A program made the translations under genes and the position numbers. From the NCBI GenBank assembly GCA_019058295.1, contig JAHPZI010000028.1, forward strand, positions 139,715 through 203,714: a stretch of 64,000 nt of DNA. The letters are read 5' to 3'. How positions within the stretch are numbered: position 1 is the first letter of the stretch; each line of letters starts with the position of its first letter. The DNA is from Promethearchaeota archaeon (GTDB lineage Archaea; Asgardarchaeota; Lokiarchaeia; Sigyniarchaeales; SOKP01). Below the pieces are notes generated by a model, which saw only the letters and a list, made by a program, of their open reading frames with translations, was not told the DNA's origin and did not search any database. Below are positions 29,508 through 40,349 of this stretch, piece after piece.

Positions 29508-29569
29508 TATGAGTGTTATTTAATATTTTTTAATAATTTTTCTTTTTATTTCGATTAAATCCATTTAAT

Positions 29570-30400
29570 TTATATTTTACTTTTATAAAATTTATTATAG
29601 AGTAGGATAATTGCTACAAACGCAACCCCCGTTGAAAAAAGAACATCAGATGCAAAATGTTCCCCTACTACAATTCTAGATATCCCAATAAACAACCCCC
29701 AGCTAATAATAAGAATTGTAATAATTATTCTAATAGGATCTGAGACTTTACGATCCTTGACAACTATTAATAAAGGTAATAGCATCCATCCCATCGCAGT
29801 ATGCCCCGAAGGAAATGAAGCATTATCCTGTAACCAACTAATTGGCCCTGGTGGTAAAAACCAAGGTGTATAATTTGAATAATCTGACGATAAATCATTA
29901 TATCGCACTCTCCCACATAATATTTTACCAATTTGGACAAAGATTAATGGATTTATTATAGAAAGTAAAATTATTACAATAGCTATCTTTTTGAATTCTC
30001 TCCAATCTCTATTATAGGTAAATACTAAAAATAATAAAACTCCAAGAGTAATTCCCCCTCCAAAAGCCATAAACCAAATACTACCAAAAATTATCGCCAA
30101 AATTAATATAACAGCTCCAATTATTAAGAAAACATAAGCCGCAATTTTCTGCTTTTTTAATTCATCCTGATAACTACCAACTAATATTGAGATTGCTACT
30201 GCTATAATACCATAGCCTGGCGCCTCTCCATAGTCTTTTCCGATATTAGCCCATAAACATTCTCTATTTACTAAAGCCTTCGATATTTCTAAATCAGTAA
30301 ATCCAAATATTATTGCTAAAATAATCCAAATGATTATAACAACAATTAATAATTTTGTAATGTTTGAATCCCAATCAATTTTCAATGTCATAAGTATCAT
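29570..30400 (-). CDS. PAP2-family membrane phosphatase
   Basis: K...GRVR, SFPSGH, SRIVVGEHFASDV. Confidence 0.9.
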   Translation of the reverse strand: MILMTLKIDWDSNITKLLIVVIIIWIILAIIFGFTDLEISKALVNRECLWANIGKDYGEAPGYGIIAVAISILVGSYQDELKKQKIAAYVFLIIGAVILILAIIFGSIWFMAFGGGITLGVLLFLVFTYNRDWREFKKIAIVIILLSIINPLIFVQIGKILCGRVRYNDLSSDYSNYTPWFLPPGPISWLQDNASFPSGHTAMGWMLLPLLIVVKDRKVSDPIRIIITILIISWGLFIGISRIVVGEHFASDVLFSTGVAFVAIILLYNKFYKSKI

Positions 30401-30545
30401 ATGTTTTCAATTTTTAAACTAATTTCCATAGAATTGATATTAATATCTAAGCGATTTTTTTATTATCAAATATATAAAGAAAATAGTTTTTATAACAATA
30501 AAAATTACCTATATTACTTATTTCTTATTCAAAAAGCTGATTTGA

Positions 30546-31628
30546 ATGACGGAAAATAACGCACAAGCAGAAAAAGGAAAGGAAACAGTTGAGAAAAAAC
30601 CAATTAAAACAAAAAGCTATTTCAAAAACCTTTTTGACTTTTCTCAATATGATGTAAAGACTATTATCTATATGATTATATTTATGTTTTTAGTAGTATT
30701 TTCTTTGTATTTGCTTTATTATATATATTTTGTTGATGAAACATTTCTCTTTAGACTAGTGGTAGAATGGTTTGTAAATCCAATCATTTTATTGGGGATA
30801 ATTGGAATTCTTTTATTTCTTTTAATTATGGCAATACAAGGTTTAATTGTTCCTATTCCCTCAGAGATCGTTTTGTTAGCCGTTGGAATGATTTGGGGCT
30901 GGTTTTGGGGGGGATTATTAGGAGTTGCTGGGTCTATGTTAGCAGGAATATTATGTTTTTATGTTAGTAAAAAAGGGGGGAGACCATTGGCAGAAAAATT
31001 CATTGGAAAAAGCGCTCTCGAGATGGCAGATGATTTAATAGAAAAGCATGGTATGGTAGCAATAATTCTTGCAAGGAGCTTGCCATTTGTTAGTTTTGAT
31101 GCTATTTCATACACAGCTGGGTTAGTTGATATGGATATTAAGAAATATTCTATTGGAACTTTAATTGGAACAATTCCAAGAGCTTTTTTTTACTCATATT
31201 TAGGTTCCATTTTAATTAAGCATGAACCAGGACAAACAATTAATTTAAAAGATATTCCATTAAAAAAAATAGAAGGCTTATCTCAAACTTTTAATATGAT
31301 ATTATTGGTTATTTTAGTAGTTTTAGTGATTGTGTTTGGTCTATATTATATAACGGGAAAAATATGGGAAAAAAAGAGATTAAGTGGCAAATATTTAATA
31401 AAAACAAAACAAAAAATGAATGAAAATCAAAATATAAATGTTAAGTTTATTAGAAAAGCAATTCTTATGGATGAGGAATTATTTAACAAAAAGATAATCG
31501 AATGGTCTGAGAAGTTTGATTTTGAAATCGATGAAGGGGTATTAATTATAAATAAACAAACGCTTCCTGATTTTTACAAGGTTTTAGATGAGCAATTTGC
31601 AGAGATGAATAAATTAAGAGAACTATAA
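30546..31628 (+). CDS. TVP38/TMEM64 (DedA/VTT) family membrane protein with extra C-terminal soluble domain
   Basis: PIPSE, ARSLPFVSFDAISYTAG, GTLIGTIPR. Confidence 0.88.
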   Translation: MTENNAQAEKGKETVEKKPIKTKSYFKNLFDFSQYDVKTIIYMIIFMFLVVFSLYLLYYIYFVDETFLFRLVVEWFVNPIILLGIIGILLFLLIMAIQGLIVPIPSEIVLLAVGMIWGWFWGGLLGVAGSMLAGILCFYVSKKGGRPLAEKFIGKSALEMADDLIEKHGMVAIILARSLPFVSFDAISYTAGLVDMDIKKYSIGTLIGTIPRAFFYSYLGSILIKHEPGQTINLKDIPLKKIEGLSQTFNMILLVILVVLVIVFGLYYITGKIWEKKRLSGKYLIKTKQKMNENQNINVKFIRKAILMDEELFNKKIIEWSEKFDFEIDEGVLIINKQTLPDFYKVLDEQFAEMNKLREL

Positions 31629-31750
31629 CTACAACTACAAATCTGAATTTGAAATAAAGGATAAATAGATTCATTGCATAAAATATATATTTAAATTACC
31701 TATAATAATTAAAGAGAAATTGTTTCAATTCTAATATATATTAAATTAAA

Positions 31751-32842
31751 ATGCAATCCATAATTATTGTTCATTGGAGTAAAAGTACTGGTCCAGAACC
31801 AATAATACAATATCCCCCCGAAAGTAAGAAATTCCCCTCAAAAGAGTTATTCCTTAAAATATGGGCTTTACATGAATTAGATAAAGAATCCAGTATAATT
31901 GAATTTATCCCTGAAGGAGAACACGAACAATATATTTCTATTATTCAAAATTTTGAAGGAGAAATTTACTTTTTGGTTCTAGTTTATAATCAAGAAGACA
32001 TACTTGGAAAAGACATCAAGGATAATTCAGATATATTAGCAATCGTCAGTAAAAATCTAATTGAATTAGTAAATACAGATAAAATTACCCGAGCGATCTC
32101 AGAAGCATTTTATACAATTAGAGATTATTCCAAGCTTGAAAAAGAAGAGAATTTGTTGAACTTTTTTAAAAATAAAATCAAATATACAATTTTACAAATC
32201 TTGAGAAATGGTATAATTTCAAAAAATGAATTAAACAATATTTTAAGAAAGGAATATGGATTTTCAACAATCAACATTGATTTACTCTTAATATCATTTA
32301 TTCGGGAAAATCTAATTGTAAAACAAAGTGTTCCAGGAAGTGATGATTGTTATCTTTTAATAAAGGATCTTGCGTGTACGAGAATACCTCCTGTAGATTT
32401 TTCATCTAAACCTCAAATTGAAGATGAAATCACAGAAGATTATCAAGAAAAATTGATTAAATTTTATTCTAATTACAATTGTGCTTCTGCAATAGAAAAT
32501 AAAACTATAATTAATTTTTTAATGAATAAAGATAATTATCGTTTGCTAAGAAAATTAAGAGAAAAAAGCTTATCGGTTAGTGATTGCATAGATCTTTTAA
32601 ATAATAAAGAAGATCTATTTAACGAACTCTTAGAAAATAAATTTATTTATGAAGCAAAAGGAAAAGTTCTTCTTTTTTCAGATATTCGTTTTATAAAGTT
32701 TACACCCTTTTATATTATCGAAAACATTTCAAAGCGATATAAAAATAGGCAGATCTCTTTTAATGAATATATAACCCATTTGAAACTCTTAACTGAACAA
32801 TATAACAAGGAACAATCCTTAATTGATTACGAAATAATATGA
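31751..32842 (+). CDS. Longin/uDENN-like N-terminal domain protein with probable winged-helix repeats
   Basis: IIIVHWSKSTGPEPIIQYP N-terminus; ILQILRNGIISKNEL...FIRENLI. Confidence 0.55.
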   Translation: MQSIIIVHWSKSTGPEPIIQYPPESKKFPSKELFLKIWALHELDKESSIIEFIPEGEHEQYISIIQNFEGEIYFLVLVYNQEDILGKDIKDNSDILAIVSKNLIELVNTDKITRAISEAFYTIRDYSKLEKEENLLNFFKNKIKYTILQILRNGIISKNELNNILRKEYGFSTINIDLLLISFIRENLIVKQSVPGSDDCYLLIKDLACTRIPPVDFSSKPQIEDEITEDYQEKLIKFYSNYNCASAIENKTIINFLMNKDNYRLLRKLREKSLSVSDCIDLLNNKEDLFNELLENKFIYEAKGKVLLFSDIRFIKFTPFYIIENISKRYKNRQISFNEYITHLKLLTEQYNKEQSLIDYEII

Positions 32843-32860
32843 ATAAAAAGTAAAACTTTT

Positions 32861-33739
32861 TTATCGAGTTAGAAGAAACTCTATAAATTTTTTAATCTTT
32901 TTAACATTATTAAATGTTTTTGGTGCTTTTTCCTCTAGATAATCCCCAAATTTTTCCCAATTCTCTTTTTTATCTGTCGGAGCTTCGGATATTATCTTTT
33001 TAACAGCATTAATATCGCTTGACATAATTAATTGGTCATTTACTCTGTTAGCATCGTCAGTTAGAAGGAATAGATAATAATCGTTCAACTCCCAAGGATT
33101 CATAACACTATCAGGTTTATTCCCATCTCCAGCTTTTCTTCCACGTAAGAGTTTTGTGTCAACCATTGTCGGTAAGATTTGGTTAAATGTTATGTTTTCT
33201 CTTTTATATTCTGCAGCTAAGGTTCTCTGTAATCCCACAGTAGCATATTTACTCGCTGTATAAGCAGCAAATTTAACAATTCCTTGTGGGTAAGCCTCAC
33301 TTCCAGTTATTATAAACCGAGCTTTATTTTTTTTATCGTCCTTCTTCAAATAAGGATAAGCCGCTTTAAAAGTATTAAACACACCAAGTATGTTTATTTT
33401 AAGTATGTTATCGAATGTATTAGAGTCAAAATCATGTGTATCTCCCATTCTAGATACTCCAGCATTTGCGATAACTCCATTTAATAAACCTAATTCGTCA
33501 TAAAAATGTTTGAATGCTAATTCTACTTCATTATAATTAGTGATATCTGCTGTTTTTATTATGACCTTAATTCCAGTACCTAAATTTTCGATTTCTTTTT
33601 TAGTAGTATTTAATTCATCAAGTGTTCTTGAAGTTAAACCCACTTTTGCTCCTTCTTTTGCGCATGCTATGGCAACTGCTTTTCCTATTCCCCTCCCAGA
33701 ACCAGTAATAATAATAGATTTTCCATCTAAAATTCCCAT
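32861..33739 (-). CDS. Short-chain dehydrogenase/reductase
   Basis: TGSGRGIG, NAG, YTASK. Confidence 0.92.
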   Translation of the reverse strand: MGILDGKSIIITGSGRGIGKAVAIACAKEGAKVGLTSRTLDELNTTKKEIENLGTGIKVIIKTADITNYNEVELAFKHFYDELGLLNGVIANAGVSRMGDTHDFDSNTFDNILKINILGVFNTFKAAYPYLKKDDKKNKARFIITGSEAYPQGIVKFAAYTASKYATVGLQRTLAAEYKRENITFNQILPTMVDTKLLRGRKAGDGNKPDSVMNPWELNDYYLFLLTDDANRVNDQLIMSSDINAVKKIISEAPTDKKENWEKFGDYLEEKAPKTFNNVKKIKKFIEFLLTR

Positions 33740-33922
33740 ATTGATTTTTCACTCTAAATTTATATTTTTTATTCATATCTTTTTAATTAATATTAATGAA
33801 AATTACGCTAAATATTATTTTTTCTAACAAAATAGCAAATATATATTATATTTGAAAACTAATAATTTTTTTACAATGAATTATGATTTTCATATAGGAA
33901 GAGAATAAAATTTTGTATAAAT

Positions 33923-34471
33923 ATGGAAGATAAAGCAGAATCTGATGAAGATTGGAATTACCAATTCTTAGAAGAGTTGGTAGAGGATGTGGAAGAAAAT
34001 CAGAATATAAGGCAGTGTATTGAATGTGGAAAATGCATTGGCGAGTGCCCTGCTTCAAAAATCTCAGATTTTAATATAAGAAGAATTATCCGAAAAGTCC
34101 TTCGAGGCGATAAGAGTGTCTTAAAAGATTCTGATATATGGTATTGTTTTTTATGCGAAAGATGTAAAAGAGTCTGCCCAAAAAAAGGAGTAAATATTCC
34201 ATTACTCATTCTTAATTTGAGAAACGAATCGTTTAAAAAAGGATATGGGCCACGATATAATGATCTAACCAAATATGTTGAAATGGCAGAGAAATTTCTT
34301 ACAAACGGAACTGTATTGGAAGACCCGTTAGATGGCTCATTATCCCCCGAGAGAATAGAGGAATTAAACGAAATCTGTAATTTCGCAAGAATAAAATATG
34401 TTTTTAAGGCAAGTGAAGCCAGTAAGGCACATAAAAAAAAAAACCTAAATAAAAAAAGAGTTAAAAAATAA
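33923..34471 (+). CDS. hdrC: Heterodisulfide reductase subunit C-like 2x[4Fe-4S] protein
   Basis: CIECGKCIGECP, WYCFLCERCKRVCP; adjacent to hdrB. Confidence 0.85.
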   Translation: MEDKAESDEDWNYQFLEELVEDVEENQNIRQCIECGKCIGECPASKISDFNIRRIIRKVLRGDKSVLKDSDIWYCFLCERCKRVCPKKGVNIPLLILNLRNESFKKGYGPRYNDLTKYVEMAEKFLTNGTVLEDPLDGSLSPERIEELNEICNFARIKYVFKASEASKAHKKKNLNKKRVKK

Positions 34472-34492
34472 GAGATATCAAGTCTTTTTAAA

Positions 34493-35500
34493 ATGGAAAT
34501 TAATAATTTGGCTATAGATTTAGAGGAAATTGAAAAGAGGTATGAAAATCCTTTAGATTTTTTTAGGGGAAAAAAACTTTGCTTGTTTAAGGCTTGTTTA
34601 GAAAAGTATTTTCCGGGGGTACGATTTGGAATTCAGGATTTCTTAGAAGAATTAGGTATGGAAGTTATCATCTGTCAAAATCAATCGTGTTGTTCAGGGA
34701 CTTTTTTTCAAAGAAATTTGATCACAAGAGCCCAATTTGCAGCCATTAACGAGAGGAATATTAATGAAATTAATCATCAAGCCGATATTCTTTTAGTAAG
34801 TTGTAATGGTTGTTATAACTCTCTGTTAAGAGGAAGAGACTTTCTAAAAGATAATACTGTGAGAAAAAAAACACAAGATATTTTAAATGATGTAAAGGAA
34901 AAAATGGGCGGTGAAAAATATCTTGGGCAATACGATATTTTAGAAAATCCAAAATTAAGAATAATCCATGATTTAGATTTCTTTTATTTAATTAGAGATG
35001 AGCTTGTTAATACTCTGAAGTTTGGTTTAAAAGGAATTAAAATAGCTGTCCATTATGGGTGTCATTATTTAAATTTGGACAGAGATAAAGACATAAACAC
35101 TTATTTGAAAGATAAAACTAAATTAGAGGAACTCATCCGACTTTTTGGAGGTGTCCCTATCGATTACCAAGAAAGAGAATCATGCTGCGGATGGGGTGCC
35201 AGTCAAATAGTGATTCATCCTGATGATGCTTTAAAAGTTACTTATAAAAAATTGAAAAGCGCTGAGAATGTAAATGCTTGTTTTATTTTAATGCCATGTC
35301 CCACATGTTTATATACATTAAGTAAGCCTGAATTTCGGGAAAGAATGCATAAAATATTTAACGATGAAGTAGAAATACCAACAATTCATTTAAACGAATT
35401 AATAGCCATTTTAAGGGGTTGCGAGGAAGAACGATGTATAACACTTAGGAGAAAATCTCCTCGTTTTAATCAAATATATGCTACAATTACTCAAGAGTAA
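34493..35500 (+). CDS. hdrB: Heterodisulfide reductase subunit B-like (two CCG domains)
   Basis: SCCSG, CNGC, HYGCH, CCGWG, CPTC. Confidence 0.85.
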   Translation: MEINNLAIDLEEIEKRYENPLDFFRGKKLCLFKACLEKYFPGVRFGIQDFLEELGMEVIICQNQSCCSGTFFQRNLITRAQFAAINERNINEINHQADILLVSCNGCYNSLLRGRDFLKDNTVRKKTQDILNDVKEKMGGEKYLGQYDILENPKLRIIHDLDFFYLIRDELVNTLKFGLKGIKIAVHYGCHYLNLDRDKDINTYLKDKTKLEELIRLFGGVPIDYQERESCCGWGASQIVIHPDDALKVTYKKLKSAENVNACFILMPCPTCLYTLSKPEFRERMHKIFNDEVEIPTIHLNELIAILRGCEEERCITLRRKSPRFNQIYATITQE

Positions 35501-35546
35501 GTTTTTTATTTGCATTTAGAATTTTAATAAAAAAAATAGATAATTT

Positions 35547-35942
35547 TTAATCTTCTTTAATAGCAAAGCGGGGACAACTGTCCACACAAAGCAAACACGC
35601 GATACATCTTTCTTCAGTGTATTCTAATCGATCCTCACTATTCATATATAGAGCATCAGTCGGGCACATCGCTACACATGCCCCACAGTCTATACAGTTT
35701 TCGAAATCTATTTTGACCCTTCCTTTTTTATTTATAATTGCATTGTTTTCTTCAAGAGCCTCAGTAATTATTTCTATTTTATCATCTGGTACGTCTAATA
35801 ATAAAGTTACACCACTTGAAATGATGGAAAATTTTAGGATATTAAAGCTTATATCGTGTTTTAATATATCATTTATAATTTTGGAGTAATCATTTATTTC
35901 TTTTATTAGTTCCAGTGGCAGAGTCACATTTATTACAGTCAT
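35547..35942 (-). CDS. NIL domain-ferredoxin, partner of aspartate semialdehyde sulfurtransferase
   Basis: CIDCGACVAMCP and CIACLLCVDSCP; directly downstream of the DUF39-CBS gene. Confidence 0.85.
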   Translation of the reverse strand: MTVINVTLPLELIKEINDYSKIINDILKHDISFNILKFSIISSGVTLLLDVPDDKIEIITEALEENNAIINKKGRVKIDFENCIDCGACVAMCPTDALYMNSEDRLEYTEERCIACLLCVDSCPRFAIKED

Positions 35943-35945
35943 TTT

Positions 35946-37418
35946 TTACATCAGCTCCTCCGAGGTTATAATTCCAACAACTTTTTTATTATCGTCAATA
36001 ACCGGCAAAGCTGAAATATTATTATTTCTCATTCTTCTAGCTGCAACATCTATAGGATCGTTATCAGAAGCTGTAACTACTCGCTTTGTGATTATTTCTT
36101 TTAAATCACTCTTGTTTTGTGCCAATGCTTTAGTAATATCAAAACTAGTAACTATTCCTTGCAAAATTTTTGCTCGATTAGTTATTACTATGTGATTCAT
36201 ATTATTCTCAATAATTTTTTCGGCAACAATTTTAATATCACAATCATCATAACAAATTATTGCTTTCTTTTTTAAATCCTTTACAAACTTTAATTCTGAA
36301 ATTTGTTTTAATGGTTTAAAAATAGTTTCTGTAGATAATGTTTCAGCAGGAGAGTTTAATAAAAATTCTCCATTTTTTATCCATTTTTTAAGAGTTTCAG
36401 CAATTTTTCTTGCGTAGAAGATTGATGATAAAGAAGAACATTTTATAAATTTTCCATTGAGTTCGACAAATCCACTTTTTAATTCTTTATAGCTTACTTG
36501 TCGTAGTTTTGGTCTATCTCTTCTTGGGACTCCATAATCAACAACGTCTGTTAAAATTTCATTGTCGCTAATGGCGGTCTTTTTCGCTAATCCCTCATTT
36601 AAAATTGGAATTGGAATCCCCACTCCAACAAACATAGTTGTACCATATTTTGTATAGGTAGCGCCTCTTAAATATTCTGAAGTCATTTGTTTTAAATCTC
36701 CTTTAAGAAATAATGTTCCAAATCTATTTTTAGGACTATGTTGTGTACCCTCTCCAAGGACATATCCAACCCCTCCACCTAAAAATATTCTTGTACCAAT
36801 TCCTATTGTCTCGTAATCTGGATCATTACTTAAAGGACTTAAAGCTCCAGCTCCCGCAAAATGAGCATTTCCAAAACGTGGCAATAATTTACCCATATAA
36901 GTATATAAGGTTCTATCGGAACTGTTTACCGCACAAACATATCGTTGGTAAGCATTTCTCGGATTACATAAAATTGCTTGGTTTATATCATCGATTGTAA
37001 CCTCTGTATCAACTTCTGCGAGAGGATAACAATCAGTAGTATATGAGTTTCCTCGAAGTCTAATTGGTTTGCCTCCAACGAGATCTTCGATTAAATGACC
37101 ACCACCATATTCAAAGGGTCTGACATCAGCCATTCTAGTACAGCCTATATAACAGTCTGCAGCAGCATTTCCATGATATGCATGGACATCATTTAACCAG
37201 AGATGCTCATACTTTATTGGAGGATCTGCGTGTCCAAAATTTAGAAAAGCACCACTTGAACACATTGGCCCAAAAGTCCCAGTTGTGACTATATCTACTT
37301 CTTCAGCAGCAACTGTAATCCCTTTTTCTTCAACAATTTTTATCATTTCTTCGGCTGTAACTACCACAACATTGCCATTTTTAATTTTTTCATTAATTTC
37401 AGCATAAGTCTTTGTCAA
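35946..37418 (-). CDS. L-aspartate semialdehyde sulfurtransferase (homocysteine biosynthesis, DUF39 + CBS; MA1821/MJ0100 family)
   Basis: TYAEINEKI...VVTAEE, VTTGTFGPMCSSG, NPRNAYQ, C-terminal CBS pair. Confidence 0.92.
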   Translation of the reverse strand: MTKTYAEINEKIKNGNVVVVTAEEMIKIVEEKGITVAAEEVDIVTTGTFGPMCSSGAFLNFGHADPPIKYEHLWLNDVHAYHGNAAADCYIGCTRMADVRPFEYGGGHLIEDLVGGKPIRLRGNSYTTDCYPLAEVDTEVTIDDINQAILCNPRNAYQRYVCAVNSSDRTLYTYMGKLLPRFGNAHFAGAGALSPLSNDPDYETIGIGTRIFLGGGVGYVLGEGTQHSPKNRFGTLFLKGDLKQMTSEYLRGATYTKYGTTMFVGVGIPIPILNEGLAKKTAISDNEILTDVVDYGVPRRDRPKLRQVSYKELKSGFVELNGKFIKCSSLSSIFYARKIAETLKKWIKNGEFLLNSPAETLSTETIFKPLKQISELKFVKDLKKKAIICYDDCDIKIVAEKIIENNMNHIVITNRAKILQGIVTSFDITKALAQNKSDLKEIITKRVVTASDNDPIDVAARRMRNNNISALPVIDDNKKVVGIITSEELM

Positions 37419-37532
37419 ATTATCACCAATTAGTAGAATTAATTTTAATTAATATTTATAAGCATATATTGTTTATAAATAATTAAGTACTGAAATATAT
37501 TGTATATGGATAAATTATAATTTAGATGGATA

Positions 37533-38093
37533 ATGCCAATTCTGCCAGAACTAAAGAGATTAAAAGATTTAAGAAAAGATTTACATATAAGCCAAAAATA
37601 TATTGAGAAGAATCTAAATATACCTCAAGCAACTATATCCAGAATTGAAAATGGCATCGGTAATCCTTCATATATTACGGTAAAAAATATCTTTAATTTC
37701 CTGGAAAATGAAAAGTTGAGAAGGGAAAAGTCCGACAAAAAAGTAAAAGACATAATGACTGACAAAATAATATGGGTTGAACCAAAAACAACAGTTAAAG
37801 ATACAGTTGAGTTAATGACAAGACATAACGTGTCCCAAATACCTATTTTAGAAGACAATAAAAATATTGGAAGCATAACTGCAAAAAAAATTCAAAAAGA
37901 AATTATAGATAATCCAATATTAATTAATGCTGAAATCACAATAATTATGGAATTACCCTTTCCGGAAATCGAACTAAGCTGGGATATTAAAGCAATTTCA
38001 AACTTACTGATTATTTATCCAGCGGTATTGGTAAAAAAAAATAATAATTATGTTGGAATAATTACAGATGCCGACTTATTGAAAATATCTTAA
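37533..38093 (+). CDS. XRE-type HTH + CBS-pair transcriptional regulator
   Basis: LRKDLHISQ...QATISRIENG...PSY; VKDIMT, SQIPI, GIITDADLL. Confidence 0.88.
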   Translation: MPILPELKRLKDLRKDLHISQKYIEKNLNIPQATISRIENGIGNPSYITVKNIFNFLENEKLRREKSDKKVKDIMTDKIIWVEPKTTVKDTVELMTRHNVSQIPILEDNKNIGSITAKKIQKEIIDNPILINAEITIIMELPFPEIELSWDIKAISNLLIIYPAVLVKKNNNYVGIITDADLLKIS

Positions 38094-38265
38094 AAAATTT
38101 GATTGTTAAACCTCTTTTTTTGCCTTTCTTTTTTTAAAATCGTCTGGATTTCCTCCTGCCTCTAAATATCCAGCATATATCTATAGTTTTAATAAGCCTA
38201 ACCTTTGAAAAAAAAAGTATTAATAAAAAAAAATTTAAATTTTAAAAATTTCCTTCTACATTTAT

Positions 38266-38748
38266 TTAACTTGAAAGAGCTCCTCCAATTAAGGCTAAAA
38301 GCCCACCAAGAATACAGAGATAGAATCCAACGAATGGTACCAAATATCCTGCTGACGCTGCAGCGGTCACCCAAGATGGAACCATAAAACCCCCATAAAC
38401 GCCACCAATATAAATTCCCATGCCAAGTATCCCAAAAAGTCCACCAATAAGAGCCGCCTTTGAGTCGCTACCCGACAAAACAAAAGCAAGAATCGCACCC
38501 ACAATGATTACTGCCATGCAAATCCCTCCGAGCATATCCAAATCGAAGTTTGACGATGTCATAGAAGCGGTTTGACCTCCATATGAAGCTGAAGCTACCG
38601 CATATGCAAAACCAAACATCCAATAGTACACTGATGCACTAAAACTTACACCATATCCCGAACCAGATATATTGAAAAATAACACTGGTAAAAACACGGA
38701 AATAATCATTAGGGCTCCACCTACTATACATAATGCCTTTTTTGCCAT
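38266..38748 (-). CDS. Gly/Ala-rich four-TM membrane protein
   Basis: Hydrophobic helices; GTGA ribosome-binding site 6 nt before ATG. Confidence 0.75.
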   Translation of the reverse strand: MAKKALCIVGGALMIISVFLPVLFFNISGSGYGVSFSASVYYWMFGFAYAVASASYGGQTASMTSSNFDLDMLGGICMAVIIVGAILAFVLSGSDSKAALIGGLFGILGMGIYIGGVYGGFMVPSWVTAAASAGYLVPFVGFYLCILGGLLALIGGALSS

Positions 38749-38953
38749 ATTATTTCACATTTACATTTTTAATTGATTTTTGATGTATAAATATTGAAAT
38801 TTAAATAGGATTTCAATAATAAATACTGACTTTTTTATTATTTAAACTTTATACATTATTTTTGCCTTATTAAAAGAAAAAACTAGTGCTTAATTATAAT
38901 TAGGTTCATTCAAATCTAAAAATCTTTATTACAAAATAGAAATTTAAATAGGT

Positions 38954-39883
38954 GTGTCTAAAGAGAAAACAGATAATACTTCTGATTCAACTAGTAGGAT
39001 AATTGCAATTATTTTTTTAATACTTACTACAATACTTTGGGGCACTACTTTTATTATTACGAAAACTATGATTCAAGAAATACCCATATTTATATATCTT
39101 GGCTTGAGGTTTCTTATTGCTCTCATTGGTTTTGCTCCCTTTTTTTATCGCTTGAAGGAAATAAATAAAAATATTGTTATTTATGGAAGTGTTGCTGGAT
39201 TATTATATTTTCTGGCAATAGTTTTTCAAACGTATGGACTTCAAACAACATCAGCTGGAAAGGCAGGTTTTATTACTGGTTTAGCCTCTGTTATGGTACC
39301 ATTTATCGTATGGATATTGTATAACAAACCATTAGATAAGAAAATATGGTTTGCAGTCGTTTTGTCAATAATTGGTATGGCATTTTTAATGTTGGAAGGA
39401 GAAAGTGGAATTATAATTGGTGATATTCTTGTTCTAATCTGTGCTTTTTTTTGCGCTCTTTTCATCATAATGAATGATAAATATGTAAGAATTGTTGATG
39501 TATATTTATATTCAATAGTCCAGTTGATTGTTATCACAATGCTCTGCTTTTCATTTTCCTTTCTAATAAATGAGGATTATGATTTAGCATCAGCAAATAT
39601 TGGTTTTTGGCTAATTATGATTTATATGGGGCTCATCGTTACAACACTTACTTTCTTTTTTCAAAATTGGAGCCAAAAATATATAGAACCTAGCAAAACA
39701 GCTATTATTTTTACACTTGAACCTGTGTTCGCAGTGTTATTTGCAAGCTGGATTATAGGAAGCGAAGTTTTATCTTGGTTAGGATGGCTTGGATGTGGTT
39801 TGATTTTTATAGCAATTCTAATAACTGTTATAAAATCAGGAGAGAGATTTGAAATTTCTGAGGGAACAGATGAACCTATATAA
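38954..39883 (+). CDS. DMT/EamA family transporter
   Basis: LWGTTF, LRFLIA, GLQTTSAGKAGFI, LEPVFA; about ten TM helices. Confidence 0.92.
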   Translation: MSKEKTDNTSDSTSRIIAIIFLILTTILWGTTFIITKTMIQEIPIFIYLGLRFLIALIGFAPFFYRLKEINKNIVIYGSVAGLLYFLAIVFQTYGLQTTSAGKAGFITGLASVMVPFIVWILYNKPLDKKIWFAVVLSIIGMAFLMLEGESGIIIGDILVLICAFFCALFIIMNDKYVRIVDVYLYSIVQLIVITMLCFSFSFLINEDYDLASANIGFWLIMIYMGLIVTTLTFFFQNWSQKYIEPSKTAIIFTLEPVFAVLFASWIIGSEVLSWLGWLGCGLIFIAILITVIKSGERFEISEGTDEPI

Positions 39884-40095
39884 TAATTATTGAATATTTA
39901 GAAAAAATAAGTATTTTCGCTCTTCATACTTATAACACACGAAATAATAAGCTTAAAATAATCACATTTAAATACTTGAAGAACTATACCTATATTAAAG
40001 AATATTAATAATATTAATACGATTATTTGTATGTAAAAAAAAACTGTGATTTTATTATGTGTTATTATGGTAATTATTGTAGAAAGGAAGATTTA

Positions 40096-40185
40096 TTGAA
40101 AAGTAAGGTATCAGAATCATCAGAATTAGAATTAGAAGAAATTAAGTTAGAAGAAATAATCCCTGAATTTGAAAAAGCTAATTAA
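40096..40185 (+). CDS. Possible 29-aa acidic micro-protein (MKSKVSESSELELEEIKLEEIIPEFEKAN)
   Basis: TTG start after AAGGAAG; purine-rich coding-like stretch followed by a T-tract. Confidence 0.35.
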   Translation: MKSKVSESSELELEEIKLEEIIPEFEKAN

Positions 40186-40349
40186 GGAAAATTCTAATAA
40201 TTTCTTTTTTTTTTAATCATCTCAGTTCTATTTATCGATTTTAGCAAGTTATTTAAGGAATTTTATAAAATAAGTCATTATTTATAAACCTAAGAAATAA
40301 AATTTACATAAAACATAAAAATTTATAAAAATAAAAAAAGTGTGAACGA

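Noticed and set aside
33923-37418. hdrBC adjacent to homocysteine-synthesis genes as a novel sulfur pathway
   Set aside because: The units are convergent and each is a known module; nothing in the sequence indicates co-regulation.
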